IMG/VR virus record: IMGVR_UViG_2671180890_000004
Strand: one strand, 5' to 3'
Length of the DNA: 64,000 nucleotides
Source: a virus
Taxonomy: Duplodnaviria > Heunggongvirae > Uroviricota > Caudoviricetes
Below are positions 50,512 through 62,791 of the stretch, in pieces. The number at the start of each line of letters is the position of its first letter. Position 1 is the stretch's first letter. Made by a program: the position numbers and the translations under genes. The notes beneath the pieces were generated by a model. That model saw only the letters and a program-made list of their open reading frames with translations. It was not told the origin of the DNA and did no database searches.

Positions 50512-51255
50512 ATGACAGAGACAGAATCAGCGATTCTGGCGCACGCCCGGCGATGTGCGCCAGCGGAGTCGTGCGGCTTCGTGGTGAGAATGCCGGAGGG
50601 AGAAAGATATTTTCCCTGCGTGAATATCTCCGGTGAGCCGGAGGCGTATTTCCGGATGGCTCCGGAGGACTGGCTGCGGGCAGAAATGCAGGGTGAGATT
50701 GTGGCGCTGGTCCACAGTCACCCCGGTGGTCTGCCCTGGCTGAGTGAGGCCGATCGGCGGCTGCAGGTGCAGAGTGATTTGCCGTGGTGGCTGGTCTGCC
50801 GCGGGGCGATTCACAAGTTCCGCTGTGTGCCACATCTTACCGGGCGGCGCTTTGAGCACGGGGTGACGGACTGTTACACGCTGTTCCGGGATGCATACCA
50901 TCTGGCGGGAATTGAGATGCCGGATTTTCATCGCGGAGATGACTGGTGGCGTAACGGCCAGAATCTCTATCTTGACAATATGGAGGCGACTGGTTTTTAC
51001 CGTGTCGCACTGACAGAGGCGCAGCCGGGCGATGTGCTGCTGTGCTGTTTTGGTTCATCGGTGCCGAATCATGCCGCCATTTACTGTGGTGATGGCGAGC
51101 TGCTGCACCATATTCCTGAACAACTGAGCAAACGAGAGAGGTATACCGACAAATGGCAGCGACGCACACACTCCCTCTGGCGTCACCGGGCATGGCGCGC
51201 ATCTGCCTTTACGGGGATTTGCAACGATTTGGCCGCCGCATCGACCTTCGTGTGA
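50512..51255 (+). CDS. tail assembly protein K (MPN/JAB plus NlpC/P60)
   Basis: JAMM-like HSHP motif (VALVHSHPGG) and lambda order. Confidence 0.75.
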   Translation: MTETESAILAHARRCAPAESCGFVVRMPEGERYFPCVNISGEPEAYFRMAPEDWLRAEMQGEIVALVHSHPGGLPWLSEADRRLQVQSDLPWWLVCRGAIHKFRCVPHLTGRRFEHGVTDCYTLFRDAYHLAGIEMPDFHRGDDWWRNGQNLYLDNMEATGFYRVALTEAQPGDVLLCCFGSSVPNHAAIYCGDGELLHHIPEQLSKRERYTDKWQRRTHSLWRHRAWRASAFTGICNDLAAASTFV

Positions 51256-51800
51256 AAACGGGGGCTGAAGCCATCCGGGCGCTGGCCACACAGCTTCCGT
51301 CGTTTCGCCAGAAACTGAATGAGGGCTGGTATCAGGTGCGCATTGCCGGGCGTGATGCAGGCGAAAATGAATTATCTGCCCGTCTTAATGAGCCGCTGGA
51401 AAATGGTGCCGTGATTCACATCGTGCCGCGTATGGCGGGAGCTAAAAGTGGCGGTGTGTTTCAGGTGGTGCTGGGGGCGGCGCTGATTGCGGTGGCATGG
51501 TGGAACCCTGTGGGCTGGCTGGGTGCTGCGGCTGTATCGGGCATGTATGCGGCAGGGGCCAGTATGATCCTGGGTGGTGTGGCCCAGATGCTGGCACCGA
51601 AAGCCAGGACGCCCACGGCAGCCAGTACAGATAACGGCAAACAGAACACCTATTTCTCCTCACTGGATAACATGGTTGCTCAGGGCAATGTTCTGCCTGT
51701 TCTGTACGGTGAAATGCGTGTGGGGTCGCGGGTGGTTTCTCAGGAGATCAGCACGGCAGACGAAGGTGACGGTGGTCAGGTTGTGGTGATTGGTCGCTGA
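51153..51800 (+). CDS. tail assembly protein I
   Basis: Lambda I-like C-terminus (NGKQNTYFSSLDNMVAQGNVLPVLYGEMRVGSRVVSQEIS); the 5' end overlaps K, so the true start is probably internal. Confidence 0.7.
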   Translation: MAATHTLPLASPGMARICLYGDLQRFGRRIDLRVKTGAEAIRALATQLPSFRQKLNEGWYQVRIAGRDAGENELSARLNEPLENGAVIHIVPRMAGAKSGGVFQVVLGAALIAVAWWNPVGWLGAAAVSGMYAAGASMILGGVAQMLAPKARTPTAASTDNGKQNTYFSSLDNMVAQGNVLPVLYGEMRVGSRVVSQEISTADEGDGGQVVVIGR

Positions 51801-51821
51801 TGCAAAATGTTTTATGTGAAA

Positions 51822-51842
51822 CCGCCTGCGGGCGGTTTTGTC
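51822..51842 (+). terminator. terminator-like hairpin after I
   Basis: Stem ACCGCC / GGCGGT followed by TTTTG. Confidence 0.35.
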
Positions 51843-51860
51843 GTTTATGGAGCATGACGA

Positions 51861-54800
51861 ATGGGTAAAGGCAGCAGTAAGGGGCATACCCCGCGCGAAG
51901 CGAAGGACAACCTGAAGTCCACGCAGTTGCTGAGTGTGATCGATGCCATCAGCGAAGGGCCGGTTGAAGGTCCGGTGGATGGGTTAAAAAGCGTGCTGCT
52001 GAACAGTACGCCGGTGCTGGACAGTGAGGGGAATACCAATATCTCCGGTGTCACGGTGGTGTTCCGGGCAGGTGAGCAGGAGCAGACTCCGCCGGAGGGG
52101 TTTGAATCCTCCGGTTCCGAGACGGTGCTGGGTACGGAAGTGAAATACGACACGCCGATCACCCGGACCATTACGTCGGCAAACATCGACCGACTGCGCT
52201 TTACCTTCGGTGTGCAGGCACTGGTGGAAACCACTTCAAAGGGTGACCGGAATCCGTCGGAAGTCCGCCTGCTGGTTCAGATACAACGTAACGGTGGCTG
52301 GGTGACGGAAAAAGACATCACCATTAAAGGCAAAACCACCTCGCAGTATCTGGCCTCGGTGGTGGTGGATAACCTGCCGCCGCGCCCGTTTAATATCCGG
52401 ATGCGCAGGATGACGCCGGACAGCACCACAGACCAGCTGCAGAACAAAACGCTCTGGTCGTCATACACCGAAATCATCGATGTGAAACAGTGCTACCCGA
52501 ATACGGCACTGGTCGGCGTACAGGTGGATTCGGAGCAGTTCGGCAGCCAGCAGGTGAGCCGTAATTATCATCTTCGCGGGCGCATTCTGCAGGTGCCGTC
52601 GAACTATAACCCGCAGACGCGGCAATACAGCGGTATCTGGGACGGAACGTTTAAGCCAGCATACAGCAACAACATGGCCTGGTGTCTGTGGGATATGCTG
52701 ACCCATCCGCGCTACGGCATGGGGAAACGTCTTGGTGCGGCGGATGTGGACAAATGGGCGCTGTATGTCATCGGCCAGCATTGCGATCAGTCGGTGCCGG
52801 ACGGTTTTGGCGGCACGGAGCCGCGCATCACCTGTAATGCGTACCTGACCACACAGCGCAAGGCGTGGGATGTGCTCAGTGATTTCTGCTCTGCGATGCG
52901 CTGTATGCCGGTATGGAACGGGCAGACGCTGACGTTCGTGCAGGACCGACCGTCGGATAAGGTGTGGACCTATAACCGCAGTAATGTGGTGATGCCGGAT
53001 GATGGTGCGCCGTTCCGCTACAGCTTCAGCGCCCTGAAGGACCGCCATAATGCCGTTGAGGTGAACTGGATTGACCCGAATAACGGCTGGGAGACGGCGA
53101 CAGAGCTTGTGGAGGACACGCAGGCCATTGCCCGTTACGGTCGTAACGTCACGAAGATGGATGCTTTTGGCTGTACCAGCCGGGGGCAGGCACACCGCGC
53201 CGGGCTGTGGCTGATTAAAACAGAACTGCTGGAAACGCAGACCGTGGACTTCAGCGTGGGTGCCGAAGGGCTTCGCCATGTACCGGGCGATGTCATTGAA
53301 ATCTGCGATGATGACTATGCCGGTATCCGCACCGGCGGGCGCGTGCTGGCGGTAAACAGCCAGACCCGGACGCTGACGCTCGACCGTGAAATCACGCTGC
53401 CATCTTCCGGCACCACGCTGATAAGCCTGGTTGACGGGCAGGGGAGTCCGGTCAGCGTGGAGGTTCAGTCCGTCACCGACGGCGTGAAGGTGAAAGTGAG
53501 CCGTGTTCCTGACGGCGTTGCTGAATACAGCGTATGGGGGCTGAAGCTGCCGACGTTGCGCCAGCGCCTGTTCCGCTGCGTGAGTATCCGTGAGAACGAC
53601 GACGGCACGTATGCCATCACCGCCGTGCAGCATGTACCGGAAAAAGAGGCCATCGTGGATAACGGGGCGCACTTTGACGGCGACCAGAGCGGCACGGTAA
53701 ATGGTGTCACGCCGCCAGCGGTGCAGCACCTGACCGCAGAAGTCACCGCAGACAGCGGGGAATACCAGGTGCTGGCGCGCTGGGACACGCCGAAGGTGGT
53801 GAAGGGCGTGAGCTTCCTGCTTCGCCTGACCGTGGCAGCGGATGACGGCCGTGAGCGGCTGGTCAGCACGGCCCGGACGACGGAAACCACTTACCGCTTC
53901 ACACAACTGGCTCTGGGGAACTACAGGCTGACAGTCCGGGCAGTAAATGCGTGGGGCAGCAGGGCGATCCGGCGTCGGTATCGTTCCGGATTGCCGCACC
54001 GGCAGCGCCGTCGCGGATTGAGCTGACGCCGGGCTATTTTCAGATAACCGCCACGCCGCATCTTGCGGTTTATGACCCGACGGTACAGTTTGAGTTCTGG
54101 TTCTCGGAAAAACGGATTGCGGATATCAGGCAGGTTGAAACCAGCGCGCGTTATCTTGGTACGGCACTGTACTGGATAGCCGCCAGTATCAATATCAAAC
54201 CGGGCCATGATTATTATTTTTACGTTCGCAGTGTGAACACCGTTGGCAAATCGGCATTCGTGGAGGCTGTCGGTCAGCCGAGTGATGATGCATCAGGCTA
54301 TCTGGATTTTTTCAAAGGCGAGATAGGGAAAACCCATCTGGCTCAGGAGCTGTGGACGCAGATTGATAACGGTCAGCTTGCGCCTGACCTGACTGAAATC
54401 AGGACGTCCATAACGGATGTCAGCAATGAAATAACACAGACCGTCAATAAGAAACTGGAAGACCAGAGTGCAGCGATCCAGCAGATACAGAAGGTTCAGG
54501 TTGATACAAATAATAACCTGAACAGCATGTGGGCAGTGAAGCTGCAGCAGATGCAGGACGGACGCCTTTATATTGCGGGTATCGGTGCCGGTATTGAGAA
54601 CACCCCTGACGGCATGCAGAGTCAGGTGCTGCTGGCAGCAGACAGGATTGCGATGATTAATCCTGCGAATGGCAACACAAAGCCGATGTTTGTTGGTCAG
54701 GGCGATCAGATATTCATGAATGAAGTGTTCCTGAAACGCCTGACGGCCCCCACCATTACCAGCGGCGGTAATCCTCCGGCATTTTCCCTGACATCAGACG

Positions 54801-55357
54801 GGAGACTGACGGCGAAAAATGCGGATATCAGTGGCAGTGTGAATGCGAACTCAGGAACGCTCAACAATGTCACGATTAACCAGAACTGTACGATTAAGGG
54901 CATGCTGGAGGCGACCCAGGTCAGAGGAGATTTCGTTAAAGCTGTATCAAAAGCCTTCCCGAAAAAAGTCGGTACGTGGGGTAACACGGAAACACCAAAC
55001 GGTACGGTTACAGTCACCATCAGCGATGATCATAACTTTGACCGCCAGATTATTATTCCGCCCATTATTTTTAACGGTATAGCGTATGACGCTCCGGGGA
55101 GCGGAAATAACCCGGGAGGCACGCGATACACGGGTTATGGTTTTGAAGTTCGCAAAAACGGCGTATTAATCGCATCCAGAGAAACTAAAGGGGCCATTCC
55201 CGGTAGTTACAGTGCAGTTATTGATATGCCTAGTGGTGGTGGTAGCGTCACTCTGGAGTTTAAGATTTTCCAGAAAGGCAATCAGGGGGCAGGCAATATC
55301 ACCGACTGTACGGTGATTGTGACCAAAAAAGCGGCTTCCGGCATCAGTATTCGTTGA
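51861..55357 (+). pseudogene. host-specificity (central tail fibre) protein J, split by a 1-nt deletion at ~53953-53956
   Basis: N-part 51861..54026 ends ...AVNAWG then goes out of frame; C-part 53951..55357 continues the lambda J sequence ([28 protein letters not shown]...) in the -1 frame. Confidence 0.8.
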
Positions 55358-55380
55358 AATATTTATAACCCCAATAAATG

Positions 55381-55406
55381 GCGTCAGGAATGACGCCTTT
55401 TTTATT
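55381..55406 (+). terminator. rho-independent terminator after J
   Basis: Stem GGCGTC / GACGCC followed by a T-run. Confidence 0.45.
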
Positions 55407-55427
55407 GCAGAAAAGCGAGAGGTAATT

Positions 55428-56027
55428 ATGCGTAAAGTTTGTGCCGCCATTTTGTCCGCAGCCATTTGTCTGGCCGTATCCGGTGCGCCTGCATGGGCGT
55501 CTGAACATCAGTCCACGCTGAGCGCGGGGTATCTTCATGCCCGGACCAACGTTCCCGGCAGTGATGATCTGAACGGGATTAACGTGAAATACCGTTATGA
55601 GTTTACGGATACGCTGGGGCTGGTGACGTCATTCAGCTATGCAGGAGACAAGAATCGCCAGCTGACCCATTACAGCGATACTCGCTGGCATGAAGATTCC
55701 GTTCGTAACCGCTGGTTCAGCGTAATGGCGGGGCCGTCTGTGCGCGTGAATGAATGGTTCAGCGCGTATGCGATGGCGGGTGTGGCTTACAGCCGTGTGT
55801 CGACTTTCTCCGGGGATTATCTCCGCGTAACTGACAACAAGGGGAAAACGCACGATGTGCTGATCGGAAGTGATGACGGTCGCCACAGCAACACGTCTCT
55901 GGCGTGGGGGGCTGGCGTGCAGTTTAACCCGACCGAATCCGTGGCCGTTGATGTCGCTTATGAAGGTTCCGGCAGTGGCGACTGGCGCACTGACGGTTTC
56001 ATCGTGGGTGTCGGTTATAAATTCTGA
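55428..56027 (+). CDS. lom: outer-membrane protein Lom (Ail/Lom/PagC family)
   Basis: Signal peptide and beta-barrel-like alternating pattern ending in a C-terminal aromatic (GYKF). Confidence 0.85.
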   Translation: MRKVCAAILSAAICLAVSGAPAWASEHQSTLSAGYLHARTNVPGSDDLNGINVKYRYEFTDTLGLVTSFSYAGDKNRQLTHYSDTRWHEDSVRNRWFSVMAGPSVRVNEWFSAYAMAGVAYSRVSTFSGDYLRVTDNKGKTHDVLIGSDDGRHSNTSLAWGAGVQFNPTESVAVDVAYEGSGSGDWRTDGFIVGVGYKF

Positions 56028-56052
56028 TTAGCCAGGTAACACAGTGTTATGA

Positions 56053-56080
56053 CAGCCCGCCGGTTCAGGCGGGCTTTTTT
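56053..56080 (+). terminator. rho-independent terminator after lom
   Basis: Stem GCCCGCC / GGCGGGC followed by T6. Confidence 0.6.
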
Positions 56081-56091
56081 GTGGGGTGAAT

Positions 56092-59000
56092 ATGGCAGTA
56101 AAGATTTCAGGTGTACTGAAAGACGGCACAGGAAAACCGGTACAGAACTGCACAATCCAGCTGAAAGCAAAACGTAACAGCACCACGGTGGTGGTGAACA
56201 CGCTGGCCTCAGAAAATCCGGATGAAGCCGGGCGTTACAGCATGGACGTTGAGTACGGTCAGTACAGCGTTATTCTGTTGGTGGAAGGATTCCCGCCGTC
56301 ACATGCCGGGACCATCACCGTGTATGAAGATTCCCGACCCGGTACGCTGAATGATTTTCTCGGTGCCATGACGGAGGATGATGCCCGTCCGGAGGCTCTG
56401 CGCCGTTTTGAACTGATGGTGGAAGAGGTGACGCGTAACGCGTCCGCGGTGGCACAGAACACGGCAGCCGCGAAGAAGTCAGCCAGTGATGCCGGCACAT
56501 CTGCCCGTGAGGCGGCAACCCATGCGACTGATGCTGCAGGCTCAGCGCGTGCAGCCAGCACGTCAGCCGGACAGGCCGCGACTTCGGCTCAGGAGGCGTC
56601 TTCCAGCGCAGGAACGGCATCAACAAAGGCCACTGAAGCATCAAAAAGTGCTGCCGCTGCAGAGTCCTCAAAAAGCGCGGCGGCCACCAGTGCCGGTGCG
56701 GCGAAAACGTCAGAAACGAATGCTGCAGCGTCACAAAAATCAGCAGCCACTTCTGCATCCACTGCGACGACGAAAGCGTCAGAAGCCGCCACTTCAGCCA
56801 GAGATGCGGCGGCCTCCAAAGAGGCGGCAAAATCATCAGAAACGAACGCCTCCACAAGCGCCAGCAGTGCAGCCTCCTCGGCAACGGCGGCAGGAAATTC
56901 CGTGAAGGCGGCAAAAACGTCCGAGACGAATGCCAGGTCTTCTGAAACGGCAGCGGAACAGAGCGCCTCAGCTGCGGCAGACTCTGAGACAGCAGCTGCA
57001 TCATCGGCCCGTGAGGCGTCCATTAAGGCAGAGGAGGCAGCAGTCAGTGCCACCGCCGCCGGAAAATCGGCAGAAAGTGCCGCATCGTCTGCTTCAACAG
57101 CCACAACGAAGGCTGGCGAAGCCACTGAACAGGCCAGCGCAGCAGCGAGGTCTGCTTCCGCAGCGAAGACATCCGAGACGAACGCGAAAGCGTCGGAAAC
57201 CAGCGCAGAATCCTCAAAAACGGCTGCCGCATCGTCCGCCAGTTCGGCGGCGTCATCGGCATCATCGGCGTCTGCTTCAAAAGATGAGGCGACCAGACAA
57301 GCGTCCGCAGCGAAGGGCAGCGCCACGACAGCATCCACGAAGGCGACAGAGGCAGCTGGCAGTGCGACGGCGGCAGCACAGAGCAAAAGTACGGCGGAAT
57401 CCGCGGCAACGCGCGCCGAGACAGCGGCAAAACGGGCAGAGGATATTGCATCCGCCGTGGCGCTTGAGGATGCAAGTACGACGAAAAAGGGGATAGTACA
57501 GCTCAGCAGTGCGACCAACAGTACGTCTGAAACGCTGGCGGCAACGCCAAAGGCAGTAAAATCAGCCTATGACAATGCAGAGAAACGTCTGCAGAAAGAC
57601 CAGAACGGCGCTGATATACCCGATAAGGGACGCTTCCTGAACAACATTAACGCGGTCAGTAAAACAGACTTTGCTGATAAGCGTGGTATGCGTTATGTGC
57701 GGGTTAACGCTCCTGCAGGTGCAACATCTGGAAAATATTACCCTGTTGTTGTTATGCGTTCTGCTGGCTCAGTAAGCGAACTGGCATCAAGGGTCATTAT
57801 CACCACGGCAACGCGAACCGCAGGCGATCCGATGAATAACTGCGAGTTTAACGGGTTTGTTATGCCTGGTGGCTGGACTGACAGGGGGCGTTATGCTTAT
57901 GGAATGTTCTGGCAATATCAAAACAATGAACGAGCCATCCACTCAATAATGATGAGTAATAAGGGCGATGATTTGCGCTCTGTGTTCTATGTTGATGGCG
58001 CTGCTTTCCCTGTTTTTGCGTTTATCGAAGATGGCCTGTCAATATCCGCACCTGGTGCTGATCTCGTTGTTAATGATACGACCTATAAGTTTGGGGCAAC
58101 AAATCCAGCGACTGAATGTATCGCGGCGGACGTTATCCTTGATTTTAAGAGTGGGCGTGGTTTTTATGAGTCTCATTCGTTAATCGTTAACGATAACTTG
58201 TCGTGCAAAAAACTTTTTGCCACAGACGAAATTGTAGCGCGTGGTGGTAATCAGATTCGAATGATAGGTGGGGAGTATGGTGCATTATGGCGTAATGATG
58301 GCGCTAAAACTTACCTGCTGCTTACCAATCAAGGTGATGTTTATGGTGGCTGGAATACATTAAGACCGTTTGCTATTGATAACGCAACCGGCGAACTGGT
58401 TATTGGAACCAAACTGTCCGCAAGTCTGAACGGTAATGCATTAACAGCAACAAAGCTGCAAACGCCAAGACTGGTTTCTGGGGTTGAGTTTGATGGTTCC
58501 AGAGATATTACTTTAACCGCTGCGCATGTTGCTGCTTTTGCCAGAAGAGCAACGGATACGTATGCCGATGCGGATGGGGGCGTTCCCTGGAATGCCGAAT
58601 CAGGCGCTTACAATGTCACTCGCTCTGGCGACAGCTATATTCTGGTTAACTTCTATACCGGAGTCGGAAGTTGCCGGACATTGCAGATGAAGGCGCATTA
58701 CAGAAATGGAGGTCTGTTCTACCGTTCCTCAAGAGATGGCTATGGTTTTGAGGAAGGCTGGGCAGAAGTTTATACCTCGAAAAATCTTCCACCAGAAAGC
58801 TACCCAGTCGGCGCACCAATCCCGTGGCCATCAGATACCGTTCCGTCTGGTTATGCCCTGATGCAGGGGCAGACTTTTGACAAATCTGCTTACCCGAAAC
58901 TTGCAGCCGCTTATCCGTCAGGCGTGATCCCTGATATGCGTGGCTGGACGATTAAGGGCAAACCTGCCAGTGGTCGGGCCGTATTGTCTCAGGAACAGGA

Positions 59001-59490
59001 CGGTATTAAATCGCACACCCACAGCGCCAGCGCATCCAGTACGGATTTGGGGACGAAAACCACATCGTCGTTTGATTACGGCACTAAATCCACGAATAAC
59101 ACTGGTGCGCATACCCATAGTTTAAGTGGCAGCACGAATGCAGCTGGTAATCACAGCCATAGAGATGGCCGTCGATTTAACCCCAGTGTTTTTAAAGATA
59201 CTTATCAATATGGTTATACAAGCTCAGGTCAAAATACCTGGGGTGTACAAGGCTCAGTAGGTATGTCTACGGGGTGGTTAGCGAATACCAGTACAGATGG
59301 TAATCATAGCCATTCACTGTCCGGCACAGCAGCATCTGCAGGTGCACACGCGCATACTGTCGGTATTGGTGCTCATACGCACTCCGTTGCGATTGGTTCA
59401 CATGGACACACCATCACCGTTAACGCTGCTGGTAACGCGGAAAACACCGTCAAAAACATCGCATTTAACTATATTGTGAGGCTTGCATAA
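56092..59490 (+). CDS. stf: side tail fibre protein (Stf-like) with Ala/Ser-rich repeats
   Basis: Long Ala/Ser/Thr repeat region and His-rich GxHxH repeats near the C-terminus. Confidence 0.8.
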   Translation: MAVKISGVLKDGTGKPVQNCTIQLKAKRNSTTVVVNTLASENPDEAGRYSMDVEYGQYSVILLVEGFPPSHAGTITVYEDSRPGTLNDFLGAMTEDDARPEALRRFELMVEEVTRNASAVAQNTAAAKKSASDAGTSAREAATHATDAAGSARAASTSAGQAATSAQEASSSAGTASTKATEASKSAAAAESSKSAAATSAGAAKTSETNAAASQKSAATSASTATTKASEAATSARDAAASKEAAKSSETNASTSASSAASSATAAGNSVKAAKTSETNARSSETAAEQSASAAADSETAAASSAREASIKAEEAAVSATAAGKSAESAASSASTATTKAGEATEQASAAARSASAAKTSETNAKASETSAESSKTAAASSASSAASSASSASASKDEATRQASAAKGSATTASTKATEAAGSATAAAQSKSTAESAATRAETAAKRAEDIASAVALEDASTTKKGIVQLSSATNSTSETLAATPKAVKSAYDNAEKRLQKDQNGADIPDKGRFLNNINAVSKTDFADKRGMRYVRVNAPAGATSGKYYPVVVMRSAGSVSELASRVIITTATRTAGDPMNNCEFNGFVMPGGWTDRGRYAYGMFWQYQNNERAIHSIMMSNKGDDLRSVFYVDGAAFPVFAFIEDGLSISAPGADLVVNDTTYKFGATNPATECIAADVILDFKSGRGFYESHSLIVNDNLSCKKLFATDEIVARGGNQIRMIGGEYGALWRNDGAKTYLLLTNQGDVYGGWNTLRPFAIDNATGELVIGTKLSASLNGNALTATKLQTPRLVSGVEFDGSRDITLTAAHVAAFARRATDTYADADGGVPWNAESGAYNVTRSGDSYILVNFYTGVGSCRTLQMKAHYRNGGLFYRSSRDGYGFEEGWAEVYTSKNLPPESYPVGAPIPWPSDTVPSGYALMQGQTFDKSAYPKLAAAYPSGVIPDMRGWTIKGKPASGRAVLSQEQDGIKSHTHSASASSTDLGTKTTSSFDYGTKSTNNTGAHTHSLSGSTNAAGNHSHRDGRRFNPSVFKDTYQYGYTSSGQNTWGVQGSVGMSTGWLANTSTDGNHSHSLSGTAASAGAHAHTVGIGAHTHSVAIGSHGHTITVNAAGNAENTVKNIAFNYIVRLA

Positions 59491-60074
59491 TGGCATTCAG
59501 AATGAGTGAACAAGCACGGACCATAAAAATTTATAATCTGCTGGCCGGAACTAATGAATTTATTGGTGAAGGTGACGCATATATTCCGCCTCATACAGGT
59601 CTGCCAGCAAACAGTACCGATATTGCACCACCAGATATTCCGGCAGGCTTCGTGGCTGTTTTCAACAGTGATGAGGCATCGTGGCATCTCGTTGAAGACC
59701 ATCGGGGTAAAACGGTTTATGACGTGGCTTCCGGCGACGCGTTATTTATTTCTGAACTCGGTCCGTTACCGGAAAATGTTACCTGGTTGTCGCCGGGAGG
59801 GGAATATCAGAAGTGGAACGGCACAGCCTGGGTGAAGGATACGGAAGCAGAAAAACTGTTCCGGATCCGGGAGGCAGAAGAAACAAAAAACAGCCTGATG
59901 CAGGTAGCCAGTGAGCATATTGCGCCACTTCAGGATGCTGTAGATCTGGAAATCGCAACGGAGGAAGAAACCTCATTGCTGGAAGCCTGGAAAAAGTATC
60001 GGGTGTTGCTGAACCGTGTTGATACATCAACTGCACCGGATATTGAGTGGCCAGAAGAACCAGACACCGTGTAA
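59490..60074 (+). CDS. tfa: tail fibre assembly protein
   Basis: Size and position after stf. Confidence 0.75.
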   Translation: MAFRMSEQARTIKIYNLLAGTNEFIGEGDAYIPPHTGLPANSTDIAPPDIPAGFVAVFNSDEASWHLVEDHRGKTVYDVASGDALFISELGPLPENVTWLSPGGEYQKWNGTAWVKDTEAEKLFRIREAEETKNSLMQVASEHIAPLQDAVDLEIATEEETSLLEAWKKYRVLLNRVDTSTAPDIEWPEEPDTV

Positions 60075-60076
60075 GC

Positions 60077-60124
60077 AAAAAAGAAAAACCGCAGACACGA
60101 CGTATGCATGACGTGCTGCGGTTT
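60077..60124. terminator. long hairpin between tfa and the GIY-YIG gene
   Basis: Stem AAACCGCAG...CTGCGGTTT with an A-run on the plus side (U-tract on the minus strand). Confidence 0.4.
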
Positions 60125-60143
60125 ATGCTTATCACTTAAAGAC

Positions 60144-60962
<819 letters not shown>

Positions 60963-61323
60963 TCATTGCAAGGGCTCACAACCAGTAGTGTTGAGAAAAC
61001 CATCGGAGAAATGAGGCTAAGCCTTTGAATTTACATAGTACAAAAAAGATACTTTTCCTCATAATGTGAGCTAATTTTATGTTTCGTTTGATGATTGGAC
61101 CGGTCTCGAAAACCGTAGACACATAGTATGCGTTAATTTATGAACAAACTACTTGTCTGCTGTTTTTCTGTCATTAGTCGTATATAGAATGATTCTCTAT
61201 GCCTAACAAAGCATCACCAGTGCTAGATTACGTTGTAGTCACTGTTTAAATATCCAGATAAAACATTTCCTTCTGGGTTGAATGAGTGATAAAGTTTCAC
61301 CCATTAGACCCCTTGGAGGAATT

Positions 61324-62757
61324 ATGTCTGAATTTGAAGTGTTGGCACAGCATCTGCTGAAGGAAGCCGAGGCGGAAGAAAAGCTGCGACAGGAAAATGA
61401 TAAAAAGCTTATCGAGAAAGTGCTGGAAATCTATGATCAGAAGTATGTGGCTGAATTACTGAGAAAAGTCGGAAAAAATGAGTGGAGCCGTGAAACCATT
61501 AACCGCTGGATTAATGGCAAGTGTTTACCAAAATCGTTGACTTCAGTAGAAGAGTCTCTTCTGCGTAAGATGCTACCAGAACCACCTGCAAACCATCCGG
61601 AATATGCTTTCCGCTTCATTGACTTATTTGCTGGAATTGGAGGGATACGGAAAGGTTTTGAGGCCATTGGAGGCCAGTGTGTTTTTACCAGTGAATGGAA
61701 TAAAGATGCTGTGCGTACATACAAGGCCAACTGGTTTAACGATGAACAGGTGCATAAATTCAATCTCGATATTCGGGAAGTCACGCTGAGTGATAAAACC
61801 GATGTATTGGAAACGGATGCTTATGCATATATTGATGAGCATGTGCCGGATCATGATGTGCTTCTTGCGGGGTTCCCGTGCCAGCCATTTAGCCTTGCTG
61901 GTGTTAGTAAGAAAAACTCACTTGGTCGTGCGCATGGTTTTGAATGTGAAGCACAAGGAACACTTTTTTTTGACGTGGCACGTATTATACGAGCAAAAAA
62001 ACCGGCAATTTTTGTGCTGGAAAATGTCAAAAATCTGAAGAGCCATGATAAGGGTAAAACTTTCAAAGTCATTATGGAGACCCTTGACGAGCTGGGCTAC
62101 GAAGTTGCCGATGCTGCAGAAATGGGAAAAAACGATCCAAAGATTATCGATGGGAAGCATTTTTTGCCTCAGCATCGTGAACGTATTGTTCTGGTCGGAT
62201 TTAGACGAGATCTGAATATTCACAAGGGGTTTACCTTGCGTGATATCAGTCGTTTTTATCCGGAACACCGCCCATCATTTGGTGAATTGCTGGAGCCTGT
62301 AGTCGACAGTAAATATATACTTACGCCAAAACTATGGGAGTACCTTTATAACTACGCCAAAAAGCATGCAGCCAAGGGGAATGGTTTTGGCTTTGGGTTG
62401 GTCAATCCTGAGAATAAGGAAAGCATTGCACGCACACTTTCTGCCAGATATCACAAAGACGGATCAGAAATTCTTATTGATCGTGGTTGGGATATGGCAA
62501 CGGGAGAGGCTGACTTTATGAATGAGAGTAATCAGGCTCGTCGACCACGCAGGCTGACTCCCCGAGAGTGCGCACGCCTTATGGGATTTGAAAAACCTGG
62601 AGGGAAACCATTCCGTATTCCGGTTTCAGATACTCAGTCATATCGGCAGTTCGGTAACTCAGTTGTGGTGCCAGTATTTGAAGCTGTTGCCAGACTTCTG
62701 GAACCCTATATCCTCAAAGCTGTTTCTGCTGATGCTGGTAAGACTGGGCAGCCTTGA
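61324..62757 (+). CDS. DNA cytosine-5 methyltransferase, Dcm/M.EcoRII family (CCWGG)
   Basis: C5-MTase motifs [27 protein letters not shown] and high recalled similarity to Dcm/M.EcoRII; GGAGGA RBS at start MSEFEV. Confidence 0.85.
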   Translation: MSEFEVLAQHLLKEAEAEEKLRQENDKKLIEKVLEIYDQKYVAELLRKVGKNEWSRETINRWINGKCLPKSLTSVEESLLRKMLPEPPANHPEYAFRFIDLFAGIGGIRKGFEAIGGQCVFTSEWNKDAVRTYKANWFNDEQVHKFNLDIREVTLSDKTDVLETDAYAYIDEHVPDHDVLLAGFPCQPFSLAGVSKKNSLGRAHGFECEAQGTLFFDVARIIRAKKPAIFVLENVKNLKSHDKGKTFKVIMETLDELGYEVADAAEMGKNDPKIIDGKHFLPQHRERIVLVGFRRDLNIHKGFTLRDISRFYPEHRPSFGELLEPVVDSKYILTPKLWEYLYNYAKKHAAKGNGFGFGLVNPENKESIARTLSARYHKDGSEILIDRGWDMATGEADFMNESNQARRPRRLTPRECARLMGFEKPGGKPFRIPVSDTQSYRQFGNSVVVPVFEAVARLLEPYILKAVSADAGKTGQP

Positions 62758-62763
62758 GAACAT

Positions 62764-62786
62764 CTCCCGGCCTTTTAAGCCGGGAG
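62764..62786. terminator. bidirectional terminator between convergent M and R genes
   Basis: Stem CTCCCGGC / GCCGGGAG with a cttttaa loop. Confidence 0.5.
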
Positions 62787-62791
62787 TCAGC

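Larger units (their letters stand above)
17864..60125. mobile_element. lambdoid prophage (int to tfa); distal end not within the window
   Basis: att core followed by int/xis, immunity, replication, Q, lysis, cos, and lambda-order head and tail genes. Confidence 0.75.

Noticed and set aside
52461-53999. 512-aa minus-strand ORF, and similar long antisense ORFs at 8408..9166, 5927..6679, 56589..57518 and 49859..50833
   Set aside because: Each is antisense to a recognisable phage or transposition gene and Arg/Pro/Ala-rich, typical of GC-rich antisense frames.
56480-57500. Repetitive region that might have been a CRISPR array or tandem-repeat locus
   Set aside because: The repeats are in-frame Ala/Ser/Thr-rich coding repeats of the side tail fibre gene, with no uniform direct repeats and spacers.
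62758-62791. A vsr (very-short-patch repair) gene following the Dcm-family methylase
   Set aside because: The methylase is followed by a terminator and a convergent endonuclease, not a co-directional overlapping vsr.
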